From the IMG/VR virus record IMGVR_UViG_3300007734_000755, positions 32,001 through 96,000 of that record: a DNA stretch of 64,000 nucleotides, one strand, 5' to 3'. The translations under genes were made by a program, and so were the position numbers. The notes below the pieces were generated by a model. The model ran no database searches. It saw only the letters and a program-made list of their open reading frames with translations, and was not told where the DNA came from. Below are positions 7,896-17,950 of the stretch, one piece after another. The stretch comes from a virus. The first letter of the stretch is position 1. Every line of letters starts with the position of its first letter.

Positions 7896-8567
7896 CTAAT
7901 TCATCCTGTGTCCCGCCTTTAGGTAGGACTCTAATGTCCCGTGCGAAAGAATAGGATCTGTATAGGCATCAACAAAACCCTTTAGCTTTTCAAGCTCTTC
8001 TGGTTTTGCCTTATGAACAACTTCAACCTTCTTTGATGTTGGGGTTGGAGCGTAATACTTGTGATAAGGAAGATAAATTCTGCTCACAGTTTCGTTTGTT
8101 GTATCTACGGCCTTAACCATATACCAATTCTTGGGGCCAGTTCCAATCATTTCGTCCAGAAACTTGTTGAAGACTCCACTCGAGAAGTCTTCAATTACGA
8201 CCATTTTTTCTCCCTTTGGAGTACTTGCCCATCTCCAATCCTTTGCCATACCATTTAGCATACACCCTGGGCCAAATCCAATTTCATGGAGCCAGATAAA
8301 AGCAGCGTCCAAATTAGCTCGCTTTTCCAAGATATATTTTCGCTTAGCAGCAAATTTTACCGGACACTGGGTGGAGAAATGTCCTGCGTCTCCACACCCC
8401 CCACAAATCTTCTTAAGACCCTTGGCCTTATTAAGGACCTTCTTGGCATAAATATCCCCTGCTGAGGCACACTCCAAGAGTCTTTTACATTCAAGGGGGG
8501 TATGCGGTGGAGTAGTACCGCAGTAGGCGCATCTTGTGTTGTTGCGTGTCGTATACATTGGTCTCAT
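7896..8567 (-). CDS. double CCHC zinc-knuckle protein
   Basis: CAYC..H....C and CGGCGDAGHFSTQC. Confidence 0.75.
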   Translation of the reverse strand: MRPMYTTRNNTRCAYCGTTPPHTPLECKRLLECASAGDIYAKKVLNKAKGLKKICGGCGDAGHFSTQCPVKFAAKRKYILEKRANLDAAFIWLHEIGFGPGCMLNGMAKDWRWASTPKGEKMVVIEDFSSGVFNKFLDEMIGTGPKNWYMVKAVDTTNETVSRIYLPYHKYYAPTPTSKKVEVVHKAKPEELEKLKGFVDAYTDPILSHGTLESYLKAGHRMN

Positions 8568-9340
8568 TAAACCTCTACTTTTGTTTTTAATTCTTTCTTG
8601 GCAGCCCGATTGGCCTTCCAGTAAGATTCAGCGTCTGAATACTTAAGGATTAGTGGCTTAAGATCCATAAACTTAGAAACGGTGTTATGGACTTCTTCCT
8701 CGGTCGCCTCTGAAATTACGTCGTACCCCGATACGGACAAATCTCTCATTTCCTTATCTGTAGGATGTTCTCTGCCACCATCAATTTTTCTTATCCAAGT
8801 TTTAGCTCCTTCTTGGAGAGGCCCTGTTGCTGTAAGAGACAATTCTAGTACCTTGCGGTATAGACCGGGAATTGACATTTCTGTTGTGAATCTCTGATTC
8901 ACTTTTTCTGGCTCGGCCAAAGTATCAATCTTAAGATAACCAGTACTTTCTGTTCTAACGCCCTGAACATTGACTCTGGAAATTATAAAATTTGCGTACT
9001 CATAACTATGAGTACCATCTCTATTGGTTTGTGGAGTTGAATAATACCGGTATGGTAATGGCCCGTAAAGGAATGCTCCTGTCGCGATTTTCTTCTCCTT
9101 AATAATGGAGATCGCCGCACAGGTTCCTGCCCAGTCGGATTTTGCTTCTAGCAAATCTTGGTTATATCTTTCTAGACATCTAGCGAGATTATGATCTTCA
9201 CTCTTGCAGAAGGAGCATTTTCTAGCCTTTACTCTTTCTAGTTGTCCCTTAGCCCAATCATCTCCATTTGCGGCGGAGGCAATCATTGTTGGACACTTTA
9301 GTCTATTGTGCCCCATCGTATAGCAATAACTACATCTCAT
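8567..9340 (-). CDS. double CCHC zinc-knuckle protein (paralogue of neighbour)
   Basis: CSYCYTMGHNRLKC and CSFCKSEDHNLARC. Confidence 0.75.
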   Translation of the reverse strand: MRCSYCYTMGHNRLKCPTMIASAANGDDWAKGQLERVKARKCSFCKSEDHNLARCLERYNQDLLEAKSDWAGTCAAISIIKEKKIATGAFLYGPLPYRYYSTPQTNRDGTHSYEYANFIISRVNVQGVRTESTGYLKIDTLAEPEKVNQRFTTEMSIPGLYRKVLELSLTATGPLQEGAKTWIRKIDGGREHPTDKEMRDLSVSGYDVISEATEEEVHNTVSKFMDLKPLILKYSDAESYWKANRAAKKELKTKVEV

Positions 9341-9656
9341 CTTTTGTTTCTCCTTCAGAATCTTCGTAAAACATATCTTCGATAACGCTGCTTATTTCAT
9401 CTGCCCCCATCGCAGATAGCTCCTCTAGAGTTTTTCCTCTTAGAATGGAGACAACATCATAAACATATGGGGCGAACTCGCTTCTTAGTATAAGGACTGT
9501 GTCTTTTTCTGTCAACTCTAGGAGAAAGTATCCATCCTCATAAATCCATCTCGATTTAGTGAGATTAGAAATGCCGGCGTTCAACGCCTCTAGCATTGTT
9601 TCTCTTACTTCGTTTCTGAATTGATTTCTTCTATTATAAAAGCTCTCAAGCACCAT
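9330..9656 (-). CDS. hypothetical protein
   Basis: start MVLES at 9656 with GAGG RBS, downstream of promoter. Confidence 0.6.
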   Translation of the reverse strand: MVLESFYNRRNQFRNEVRETMLEALNAGISNLTKSRWIYEDGYFLLELTEKDTVLILRSEFAPYVYDVVSILRGKTLEELSAMGADEISSVIEDMFYEDSEGETKDEM

Positions 9657-9683
9657 GCTCAACCTCGTCTTTGGTGAGAACAC

Positions 9684-9712
9684 AGTGTAGCAGGAGGGGA
9701 CTTTGCCGTCAA
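9684..9712 (-). promoter_or_regulatory. sigma70-like early promoter
   Basis: TTGACG-N17-TACACT. Confidence 0.7.
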
Positions 9713-9722
9713 TCTCGAGCTA

Positions 9723-10760
9723 TTAATCTATATCTGAGGGCTTCTTATCTGGTTCGTTCTTATTTCTTGGTTTGGGATCTGGCGAGGGCGGAAGAGAACT
9801 TATATCTTCTCTTCCGCTAATAAAGTCAATAACCGCTCCCATCACATCCAACAACATTGTAACATCAGCTAGGGCATCATGCCAACCCTTGTTTTCTACA
9901 TCGAAAGCCTTTATGAGCTTTCCCAGAGATACTGTTAACTTTCCCTTGTCACTGGTTAGGGCTCTTAGAAGCCGACTATCCTCTGGAGATAGTTCTACCC
10001 CTGCCGCAGAATCCTGTTGAAACTTCTTTAGACCAGGGACCAAAAACTTTCTGAATAGATTAACCGTATCAAATACGATATCATGAGGAGGTTGCATACC
10101 AGCTCTCGTATAGAAGTTATTAACATAGCCGACATCGAACGGAGCATTTTGTGCAACCAATACTCTTCTTGGATATTTATCCAGAAATTCAATAAATTGA
10201 CGAGCAGCATCCACTGGGGAAACAAACTTAACGCTGGCGGGAACATCGCCAAGTTTTGTACCCTCTGGCGCATTAAGGAAGGCAGATCTCTTAGCCTTTT
10301 CTTTATTGGGAGAAACTCCATATCCTGTCATTCTAAATATATCTGGAATGGTTTTGAATGGTAATTTTCCCTGTCTAACTCTCTTAACTCCCGGAGCGGC
10401 ATCAACTGCGGCAGCTCTTGCGTCCCTTACTCTTTCCTGACCCTTCTCTTTTTCCCACCCCATGAATCCCTTGGTTCTATCAGCAAGCTTTACCTTGATA
10501 TTAAACTTTTCTAGAATCTCCGGCTTATCCTTAAACCCATTTACGTTAACTGCTATGGCAGCAATCTGCGTTATTTGGTTATAATCTTTTTCTGAGGCTA
10601 ATCCGGTTGTTTCCGTATCAAAGAATATCCACGTCTTATTGGAGGATTTTTCAATCTTTTCAAGGAACTCTGCAAAACTACTCCCATAATCTTCGGACCT
10701 TAAGACATCTTCTTTCAACGTCTTAAATTTTCTCCAACTTTCAAATAGTTTTATCATCAT
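9723..10760 (-). CDS. DEDDh 3'-5' exonuclease (DnaQ-like) with N-terminal leader
   Basis: ExoI FFDTETTG, ExoII AQNAPFD, ExoIII WHDALAD. Confidence 0.9.
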   Translation of the reverse strand: MMIKLFESWRKFKTLKEDVLRSEDYGSSFAEFLEKIEKSSNKTWIFFDTETTGLASEKDYNQITQIAAIAVNVNGFKDKPEILEKFNIKVKLADRTKGFMGWEKEKGQERVRDARAAAVDAAPGVKRVRQGKLPFKTIPDIFRMTGYGVSPNKEKAKRSAFLNAPEGTKLGDVPASVKFVSPVDAARQFIEFLDKYPRRVLVAQNAPFDVGYVNNFYTRAGMQPPHDIVFDTVNLFRKFLVPGLKKFQQDSAAGVELSPEDSRLLRALTSDKGKLTVSLGKLIKAFDVENKGWHDALADVTMLLDVMGAVIDFISGREDISSLPPSPDPKPRNKNEPDKKPSDID

Positions 10761-10762
10761 TC

Positions 10763-11161
10763 TTAATCTTCCTTCTTATGCCTGTACTGTTGTTTCTTAA
10801 CCTTCTTTTCTTTCTTTGGTTCTTGTTTGGGCTTTTCCTTGGCCACAAATGGCTTGATAGCTCCATCTAATTCCTTGACCGAAATCCAGTCATGACCCTT
10901 AACATAATCCTTGCTGTCATTTTCATATATTTTTACCAAGGCATATTTTTCTTCTGTTTCCTCATCCGTTTGAAACTTAGTAATCTCAAACGGAGAATTA
11001 CCTCCAACTGTTATAGCAAGAGTTCTTCTGCAATATGGAATCTTATCTAACAAATCTGCTTTGGTACAAAAAGAATAAAGAGGACCTGTTTCTATTTCTA
11101 GGTTCTTTTCGAGGTCTTCTTCCTCTGTAAATCTCCTAAAATTTTCTAATAGTTCCCTCAT
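10763..11161 (-). CDS. hypothetical protein with LLENFRRF leader
   Basis: ORF directly downstream of ACTATTTA motif. Confidence 0.65.
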   Translation of the reverse strand: MRELLENFRRFTEEEDLEKNLEIETGPLYSFCTKADLLDKIPYCRRTLAITVGGNSPFEITKFQTDEETEEKYALVKIYENDSKDYVKGHDWISVKELDGAIKPFVAKEKPKQEPKKEKKVKKQQYRHKKED

Positions 11162-11200
11162 ATGTATGCCCCAGGGGTATAGTAGTGGTCTAGTACCCTA

Positions 11201-11208
11201 TAAATAGT
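11201..11208 (-). promoter_or_regulatory. putative phage late promoter ACTATTTA
   Basis: recurrent intergenic motif (see findings). Confidence 0.65.
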
Positions 11209-11238
11209 ATAGAAAAACATAAGACACAAATACTCGTG

Positions 11239-11472
11239 TCAAAGTATCTCCCAACAAACTTCTTCCTTCGAAAGCCAAACGGATTGCGTGTTTTCCGACA
11301 AATCAATATAACATATTTCGAATGCATTATCGAAAAGTTGATCAGAAACGATTCCCTCTAGCTCCCAAGGGTGATCTCTGTTAAACGGAGGAAGAAACCT
11401 TACTTTTACTAGGTCTCCTGTTTGTGGAAGCGGTTTTTGATAGATCATTTTTTCCTTCTTTATCCTCAACAA
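11239..11472 (-). CDS. small SH3-like hypothetical protein
   Basis: TGDLVKVRF...GIV motif. Confidence 0.5.
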   Translation of the reverse strand: MLRIKKEKMIYQKPLPQTGDLVKVRFLPPFNRDHPWELEGIVSDQLFDNAFEICYIDLSENTQSVWLSKEEVCWEIL

Positions 11473-11764
11473 GAACCTTTATTGTATTCCTAGCGTTTGA
11501 ATAAACTGCGGAGAACGGAACATGGGTCTTAACCCAAGTAATCATTTCGTCATCTGACCCAAACGGTCTAGAGTATACTGTTAGTTCTGTTTTGTTTTTG
11601 TAATTAAATCCTGACGCCACTTCTTTCCAATCCTTAAAGGTTGGATCAAGGATCTTGGTATATGCGCCTTTCTTGATACCGTCTATTTGAATACGGTAAT
11701 CGGTTTTATCCTTCATTTTTATATAGGCCCAAACTGTTGCTTTCATTGTTTTTTGTGAGAACAA
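11381..11764 (-). CDS. hypothetical protein
   Basis: ORF; start uncertain. Confidence 0.55.
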   Translation of the reverse strand: MFSQKTMKATVWAYIKMKDKTDYRIQIDGIKKGAYTKILDPTFKDWKEVASGFNYKNKTELTVYSRPFGSDDEMITWVKTHVPFSAVYSNARNTIKVLVEDKEGKNDLSKTASTNRRPSKSKVSSSV

Positions 11765-11806
11765 AATCGTTCTCTCCCTTGTTAATTATTGTTGATGTTT
11801 TCTATC

Positions 11807-12226
11807 TTACTGAACTTCAAAATCTTTTTGGAGCGGTACTTTTTTTGGTACTGATGGAATCGTTATTGTTAATACTCCATTTTCCAGAGTTGATGTCAGT
11901 TTCTCCCAATTTAATTGGGAAACATTATGCGACACCTTAAACGATGGAATAAATCTACTATTTGTGCAGGTAAGGGTCAATTCCTTGCCGTCTGTAACTC
12001 TTATCTTAATATCATCTTTCTTTGCTCCAGGTAGTGGGATAAAAATTTTCTGTCCTTCTACGCTAGTTTCGTACGCTGCCTCTTTGTAGCAGAAGCTACT
12101 AGTCATCAATAAGTCTCGTTTAGTAGTTTTGCCACCTGTCTGGACTGGTGTAGGACCAAACATTTCTTCGAGAACAGAGTTTACGTCCGTTAAAACAGTA
12201 GACCAATCATTTACGTTGCTATTCAT
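11807..12226 (-). CDS. Hsp20/alpha-crystallin small heat-shock protein
   Basis: LPGAKKDDIKI, LENGVLTITIP; start MNSNV with AGGAG RBS. Confidence 0.85.
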   Translation of the reverse strand: MNSNVNDWSTVLTDVNSVLEEMFGPTPVQTGGKTTKRDLLMTSSFCYKEAAYETSVEGQKIFIPLPGAKKDDIKIRVTDGKELTLTCTNSRFIPSFKVSHNVSQLNWEKLTSTLENGVLTITIPSVPKKVPLQKDFEVQ

Positions 12227-12266
12227 TATTTTTTTCTCCTTGTTAATGGTTGTTGCCAACCGGCTC

Positions 12267-12295
12267 ATTATAATCTGAGTGTTGTTATCTGTCAA
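12267..12295 (-). promoter_or_regulatory. perfect consensus sigma70 promoter
   Basis: TTGACA-N17-TATAAT. Confidence 0.85.
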
Positions 12296-13034
12296 GCTCG
12301 TCCGGAAATTTAGATGAATACCCAATTGATCGATACATCATCTTCAAAAGGTTTATCTTTAACAAGATCTTAGGATATCTGTTTCCCAGCTTAGAAAGGG
12401 AGTGTACGTCTGTAAACATCTTCTCTGCATAAACGTTAAAATCGTTTTCGTCGTTTGTTAAAGAATAATTCTTTAAGAACCCATCAGATAACAAATCTTC
12501 TGTAACACCCTCAGAGAAACTCTGGCTTCTTAAACATTTATTTAGATAATCCTTGGTGTAATAATATCTATTCTTCACCATCTTCCATTCTAAGATCTGA
12601 ATATAGCTTAATTTCTTATAAATGTTGCTAGAGAACTCATGATTCAATGTATTAATATAAATTTTGTTTTCAAGATCGCGATTGCCGTAATCATCTAGAC
12701 ATACAAAAATAGTTTTTCCATTACTTAGCCCACCAACATCGACCCCATTAAGTTTGAGATCTCTCAGGAGGTCTATCTCTTCAATGTTCTTCTGGAGAAA
12801 TTTGTAATCGTATGTGTTTAAAAAGATAGAAAGTGGTCTATAAACACTAACAAGTTGTTGATCTGTCCCAGCGACTCCAGAAATAGAGGATGACGGGAAT
12901 GTCATGGACGCCACCCTGCAATTTATCTTAATATTGTATGCCTTAGATAGAGCATCTATCTGCTGGTTACATTCAAGACCATGAGCGTTTGTTGCAAGAA
13001 ATAAACAAAGAAACAAGAGGTATCTTAGATACAC
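12285..13034 (-). CDS. secreted zincin-like protein (HEFSS variant)
   Basis: signal peptide MYLRYLLFLCLFLATNAHG; NHEFSS and ENDFNVYAE. Confidence 0.6.
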   Translation of the reverse strand: MYLRYLLFLCLFLATNAHGLECNQQIDALSKAYNIKINCRVASMTFPSSSISGVAGTDQQLVSVYRPLSIFLNTYDYKFLQKNIEEIDLLRDLKLNGVDVGGLSNGKTIFVCLDDYGNRDLENKIYINTLNHEFSSNIYKKLSYIQILEWKMVKNRYYYTKDYLNKCLRSQSFSEGVTEDLLSDGFLKNYSLTNDENDFNVYAEKMFTDVHSLSKLGNRYPKILLKINLLKMMYRSIGYSSKFPDELDR

Positions 13035-13046
13035 GACTTAGCCTGG

Positions 13047-13373
13047 CTAATGAACTCTAATACTGTACCCTGTTATTCTGGCAAACGATGTTTCAATTTC
13101 CTCAAGAATTTTTTTGTTCTGAGAAAAAGTTTCTATGGTGTTCTTAGCAACTAGAAATTCTTTTCCGCTTTGTTCTAAAAGTTCTTTTGCTTCCGCCGAA
13201 AATTTATCAATTGTATTGATATACAAATTAGCGAGCCTAAAACTTCGATCATCAGATGGGCAGTTGTTCAACAGCTCTGTAAGGACTAGCTTACCTCTCA
13301 TTCGCATAGAGGTCAACAGCTTGTCTACTTCTTCGAGTTTGTTTCTCTCAATCTTAAATTTTTGAGTCTTCAT
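13047..13373 (-). CDS. hypothetical protein
   Basis: ORF, ATGA-type overlap. Confidence 0.6.
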   Translation of the reverse strand: MKTQKFKIERNKLEEVDKLLTSMRMRGKLVLTELLNNCPSDDRSFRLANLYINTIDKFSAEAKELLEQSGKEFLVAKNTIETFSQNKKILEEIETSFARITGYSIRVH

Positions 13374-13753
13374 TTACCAGCTGATCCAAGTTCCTTAAGA
13401 GTCTTGATCGCATCAACCAATTCAGATAAACCTTTTGGGTCCGCTGATTTTTCGACTTCCGGCTGTGGAGGAATTGGGGCTGGAGGCTGTTCTTTTTTTG
13501 GAGCTAAATGTTCTGCATATGCCCCAATGTTGTTCTTGAGGCTTTCTAACATAATACTAACAACCCCAATGTTTTCTTGAGCTTGAGTTATGGCTTCAAT
13601 AGACCCCTCTAGATCTCTCTCTAAACAGTGAGCTGCAAAAGACTTAAGGTTGCAAACCATTTCATTCGCAGACTCTGCGGCATCTTCGGCATCATTTGCC
13701 ATTTTTCGTAGCCACTCTTCCTTCTTAGTAACTGATGTATAATATACTAACAC
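13370..13753 (-). CDS. hypothetical protein
   Basis: ORF; probable start MANDAED. Confidence 0.55.
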   Translation of the reverse strand: MLVYYTSVTKKEEWLRKMANDAEDAAESANEMVCNLKSFAAHCLERDLEGSIEAITQAQENIGVVSIMLESLKNNIGAYAEHLAPKKEQPPAPIPPQPEVEKSADPKGLSELVDAIKTLKELGSAGK

Positions 13754-13754
13754 T

Positions 13755-15323
13755 CTATACCTCCACTATTGCATTACTCGTCGTAATGAGGGTTGATACT
13801 ACCGATATTGAATTTCTGACGGCAGCCGTGGTTACTCTAACAGGATCCACGATTCCTGCTTTATATAAGTCTATAATAACTTTCTTCTTAACGTCTAGCC
13901 CAAACCCATATTTTGACTTAAGCACTTTTGACGCAAGTACCTGAGATTCTAGGTCAAGATTGTCGCAAATCTTCTCGAATGGGGCAACTAGGGATCTCTT
14001 AACTATGTCGTATCCTATGGCCTGTTCCTCGGCTAGGGAAGGGGTTTTAAGGGCCTTAGCTGCCTTCAGGAGCGTTGTTCCGCCACCAGGGTGAATACCG
14101 CCTAGCTGTGCTGACTTAACCGCTTCTAGGGCATCCTCAATACGGTGTTTCTTTTCTATAATTTCTACCTCACTCGACCCACCAACTCGTATGGTAACAA
14201 CCCCGCTGGAGAGTCTCGTTATTCGCTCCTGGATTCTCTTACATTCCTCGAGATCATCTGTCTCCTTAATAAGATCTCTAAGCGATTCAGTACGCTTTTC
14301 AACCTCTACCATTGATCCCTTTCCGCCTATAATTGCAGACTGTTGCTTGCCAATTTCTACAGACTTACATCTGCCAAAATCAGAGAGAGTAAACTGGGAA
14401 AAATCCTCCCCCGACTCGCGAGTAAAGAACTTTCCGCCGGTTGCTATTGCAAGATCAGATAAGACGTTTCTTCTTTCCTCTCCATAATATGGGGCCTTGA
14501 CAGCAACAACCTTCATGGAATTTTTTATCGTATTCATGATAAGAGAAGCAAGCAACTGTCCCTCAATATCATCCGTCACGATTATCAACGGCTTCTTTTC
14601 TCTTGCTGCTAATTCCAATACTGGGAGTATTGGTTCGACATATTCAAGTTTCCAATCAGTAATGAAAAGGAGACAATCATTGTGTTTCGCAACCTTTCTC
14701 ATCTCATCAGTTATAAACCTTGACGATAAAAATCCAGATTCAAAGATGAATCCTTCTGTTAGGTCTAATTCTGTTTCATATGACTTAGAATCGTCGATTG
14801 TTATTGCTCCATTCTTACCGGCAAGATCAACTGCCTTAGTTATTAACTTCCCAATAACAGCGTCATTATTAGATGATATGGTGGCAATATTTTCTATATC
14901 AGCAAGGCTGGTTATATCCTTGGAGTTTTCCACAATAAACTTAATAGCATCTTCGCAGGCTAAATCCATACCGCGCTTCATTTCTGTTGGAGAAACTCCG
15001 GATGATAAATATTTCTGAGCCTCACATAACATGCGGTACGCCAGTAGGGTACTAGTAGTGGTCCCATCTCCGGCTTCGTTTGCGGTCTGTAGAGCAGCTT
15101 GCTTTAGAATTTGTGCTCCAACATTCTCAAATGGGTCATCAAAATCAACAAACCGAGCTACAGTTACTCCGTCTTTTGTTATTATTGGTCTTCTTTCTTT
15201 CTGTTGTAGTATTACGTTTCTCCCTCCAGGCCCAAGAGTAGAAGAAACGATATTAGATAGCTTTTCTACTCCGGATAGTATCTTTTCTTGAAGGAGTTTG
15301 TTCCCCTCGTACACCTTTGACAT
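13755..15323 (-). CDS. groEL: chaperonin GroEL (Cpn60)
   Basis: TLGPGGRNV, ITKDGVTVA, AGDGTTT, GGGTTL, GIVDPVRV; no GGM tail. Confidence 0.97.
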   Translation of the reverse strand: MSKVYEGNKLLQEKILSGVEKLSNIVSSTLGPGGRNVILQQKERRPIITKDGVTVARFVDFDDPFENVGAQILKQAALQTANEAGDGTTTSTLLAYRMLCEAQKYLSSGVSPTEMKRGMDLACEDAIKFIVENSKDITSLADIENIATISSNNDAVIGKLITKAVDLAGKNGAITIDDSKSYETELDLTEGFIFESGFLSSRFITDEMRKVAKHNDCLLFITDWKLEYVEPILPVLELAAREKKPLIIVTDDIEGQLLASLIMNTIKNSMKVVAVKAPYYGEERRNVLSDLAIATGGKFFTRESGEDFSQFTLSDFGRCKSVEIGKQQSAIIGGKGSMVEVEKRTESLRDLIKETDDLEECKRIQERITRLSSGVVTIRVGGSSEVEIIEKKHRIEDALEAVKSAQLGGIHPGGGTTLLKAAKALKTPSLAEEQAIGYDIVKRSLVAPFEKICDNLDLESQVLASKVLKSKYGFGLDVKKKVIIDLYKAGIVDPVRVTTAAVRNSISVVSTLITTSNAIVEV

Positions 15324-15783
15324 TAACAGCCTCTTTTAAATATTGTATTAGCGATTCAGTTATATTTCTCTTATCCCTATAAGTGATAGCCTCTTCGAGT
15401 GTATCAAAGAACTTACTTCTTATTAAGGAGCCCTCCTTGATATTCCCGGCCAAATCGTTTCCGGGAACTTCAAGGACAAACTTGCACTTAGCCTTTGGAC
15501 TATATGGCCCGTCTGTTAGAGGTTGTACATTAGGAATGTAATCAACAATGTTGCCATATTTCCCTATAAAAACCATATCCAGCGGAATATAAGTTTCCTT
15601 CATTTGGAAGGTGTGTACTTCTTCATTTGGCATATCAAAGAACATGCCAAAACCATCCTCTAGTTTTGTTTTTCTTGATAAACCGCTTTTTCTCTTCTCG
15701 TCGTCACTCGCAATCTCGACTGCATAATGCTTGTTGCCTAGTTTAATATATCCAAATGGTTTTGTCAAGATTTTCTTTTTCAT
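15253..15783 (-). CDS. DUF192-like protein
   Basis: VEIA...GL...GMFF...MKETYIPLDMVFI...FVLEV. Confidence 0.8.
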   Translation of the reverse strand: MKKKILTKPFGYIKLGNKHYAVEIASDDEKRKSGLSRKTKLEDGFGMFFDMPNEEVHTFQMKETYIPLDMVFIGKYGNIVDYIPNVQPLTDGPYSPKAKCKFVLEVPGNDLAGNIKEGSLIRSKFFDTLEEAITYRDKRNITESLIQYLKEAVNVKGVRGEQTPSRKDTIRSRKAI

Positions 15784-16718
15784 TGTTTCTTTTTCTCTGT
15801 TAAATGAGATGGGATAGCGCCAGTGGTCGTTCCTATTTCATAATCATATTCCATGGCTGGATTTATTGTCATTCTTACTGATGTGATAGGGGTGTTTGTA
15901 AAGGACAATCTTACAAACTTACGAAATACCAGCCTTGATGATTTCGTTGCAGTGTGAACATGGTAAGCATTCATTAGATATACTTTATTAGCTTGCAGAT
16001 AATAACATAGATTTTCATCGACTTGTTTTCCTACCCATTTAAAAATATTATGTTTTGCTTCATTAGCTCCTTCCATATTAAAGGTCATTGTACAAAATTT
16101 TGTTGGGGTTTGATCCGCCCATATAAATTGAAAATCTACATTCTTTTTATATGGGACTTCTGTTCCTTGCATACCGTCAATGTGCCACCCAGTTTCTCTT
16201 TGGGATTTATCGGCTTTTACTTCCATTTGGTCTATTGTTATATAACCATATCTATTATTTGTATCTAACCCCATGTCGTTTGCATAATCATAACATTCGC
16301 TTATGAATTTTTTTATTTCTGGATATTTTTCTAATCCTCCTAGAATAAATTCGCTAGAGTTAGCCGTTTTTACCATAAAATGGTTAACTCTTGTATCACC
16401 TAGATCTCCAAAATTAAAAGATCTCAGCTCTATTGGCTCTCTTGTAAATCTTAAATGTTTGAGATCAAATGGAGTTTGTGTTTCTTTAACGAAGGTAAAC
16501 TTATTTAAATCATCTGTTAGTTGTTCGTTTTGATAATCCCAAATTAGATGATTTTCATCATTCATATAATCTTTATCTTTCTGATACTTCTGAAGCATGT
16601 TTATGATTCCAGGATAAAATCCAGTTTCTAAATATCCAAGAGTGTGAACTTCTTTGAGAAACTTACTCTCATTTATGACTTCAACATACCTTCTCCACGA
16701 TTCAAAAAGTTGCTTCAT
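15780..16718 (-). CDS. putative 2OG-Fe(II) dioxygenase-fold protein with N-terminal leader
   Basis: WHIDG (HxD), distal HVH, RKFVRLS; leader MKQLFESWRRY. Confidence 0.6.
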   Translation of the reverse strand: MKQLFESWRRYVEVINESKFLKEVHTLGYLETGFYPGIINMLQKYQKDKDYMNDENHLIWDYQNEQLTDDLNKFTFVKETQTPFDLKHLRFTREPIELRSFNFGDLGDTRVNHFMVKTANSSEFILGGLEKYPEIKKFISECYDYANDMGLDTNNRYGYITIDQMEVKADKSQRETGWHIDGMQGTEVPYKKNVDFQFIWADQTPTKFCTMTFNMEGANEAKHNIFKWVGKQVDENLCYYLQANKVYLMNAYHVHTATKSSRLVFRKFVRLSFTNTPITSVRMTINPAMEYDYEIGTTTGAIPSHLTEKKKQ

Positions 16719-16778
16719 TCTGCCGTTTCCTTATTCTTTAAAAAACAATCATTAAACTTTCTCGATGTCGTATTTAAA

Positions 16779-17867
16779 TTATTGTGTTATTTCTTTAAAG
16801 CTGTCTTCGATGTTATCAATGGTGCCTATTATGCTCATTTTGTTCTCAGAACTGCTATTCACGGCGAAGAAGTTTAACATTTGTTTGTTTAGAGCGTTTA
16901 CTTCTTCTAACAGCTTTCCTATTCTTCCTAGTTCATGGTCTCTATACTTTAGCTTAGCTTCATATATAATTTTAGCACTAATGCTTATATCTCCCTCATA
17001 GCTGCACTTGGTATTAGAAAAGTTAGCAAGTGTGGCATTAAGCTGAGTTAGATTGTAGACCTCGCTCAGAAAATTCTGATCAAAAAGTTCTGTTGTTGTT
17101 TCGGCTCTGGCTGGTCCAAACTTTTTCTTCATGTGTTCCAACATAAGGGCTGCAAGTTCCTGCCCTCCAATTTGTTCGGGACGCTGAAAGTCAGAAAAAT
17201 ATCTGCCATACATTTCTGTTGATTTCTTTATTATTGAGTAGAAGTTTTCTGGTTCTACAAGGAATGAATAGAATTTAAAATTCGGTGGGCTCTTTAGGCA
17301 AATAAAATAAACGACATCCTTACCCTCAGCCATCATTCTCAGCAGATTATGCATAGACCCATCAAGTCTATATCTTCTTTGAGCAGAATAGAACTTATAA
17401 CTAAACCTAGCAAGAACTCTTGGTTCTACTATCTCAGCATCAGTAATGTCTGACCCGTTAAGTTGAACTCCTCTAAATAATACAGTAAAGAGAGTTTCAA
17501 ACTTGAAGCCCGCCTGTCTCGGATCTTCATTCTCGTATTCTCTTAGGATTTTATCAAACTCCTGTAGGAAAATAAAGGTTGCAACAAACTCATCCGTTCT
17601 TAGATCAGTGTGTCCTCTTGGATCCAAATATTTCTTTATCGTTTCTAGTCTATTAAAGAAATATTTATCGCTGATTATTGAATGATATATTGGAGTTGTG
17701 AGAAGTTCGTCAAATTCTCTTCGGAATTCCGATCTCCCCGACCCTACGCCGAGGGTTAACTCATCAACACCGAAAGACTCGCTTAATCTTGCCTCAATTA
17801 ATCTGACAAGGAGTTCGTTTCCCTTCTTGGGAGCATAATACTCATCTACCAACTTCTCTAATTCCAT
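16779..17867 (-). CDS. putative PD-(D/E)xK nuclease-like protein
   Basis: AGFKFETLF...ITD...SYK pattern. Confidence 0.45.
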   Translation of the reverse strand: MELEKLVDEYYAPKKGNELLVRLIEARLSESFGVDELTLGVGSGRSEFRREFDELLTTPIYHSIISDKYFFNRLETIKKYLDPRGHTDLRTDEFVATFIFLQEFDKILREYENEDPRQAGFKFETLFTVLFRGVQLNGSDITDAEIVEPRVLARFSYKFYSAQRRYRLDGSMHNLLRMMAEGKDVVYFICLKSPPNFKFYSFLVEPENFYSIIKKSTEMYGRYFSDFQRPEQIGGQELAALMLEHMKKKFGPARAETTTELFDQNFLSEVYNLTQLNATLANFSNTKCSYEGDISISAKIIYEAKLKYRDHELGRIGKLLEEVNALNKQMLNFFAVNSSSENKMSIIGTIDNIEDSFKEITQ

Positions 17868-17881
17868 ATTTTGCCTCGTAG

Positions 17882-17888
17882 TAATTAG
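17882..17888 (-). promoter_or_regulatory. putative late promoter variant CTAATTA
   Basis: just upstream of GAGG RBS of 16779..17867. Confidence 0.5.
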
Positions 17889-17900
17889 GCTTCAACAAAC

Positions 17901-17930
17901 AAAGAAGCCTGGAATTACCCAGGCTTCTTT
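17901..17930. terminator. rho-independent terminator (bidirectional)
   Basis: AAAGAAGCCTGG-aattac-CCAGGCTTCTTT with T-runs both sides. Confidence 0.8.
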
Positions 17931-17950
17931 TGATTCTTAGGAATGAATCG

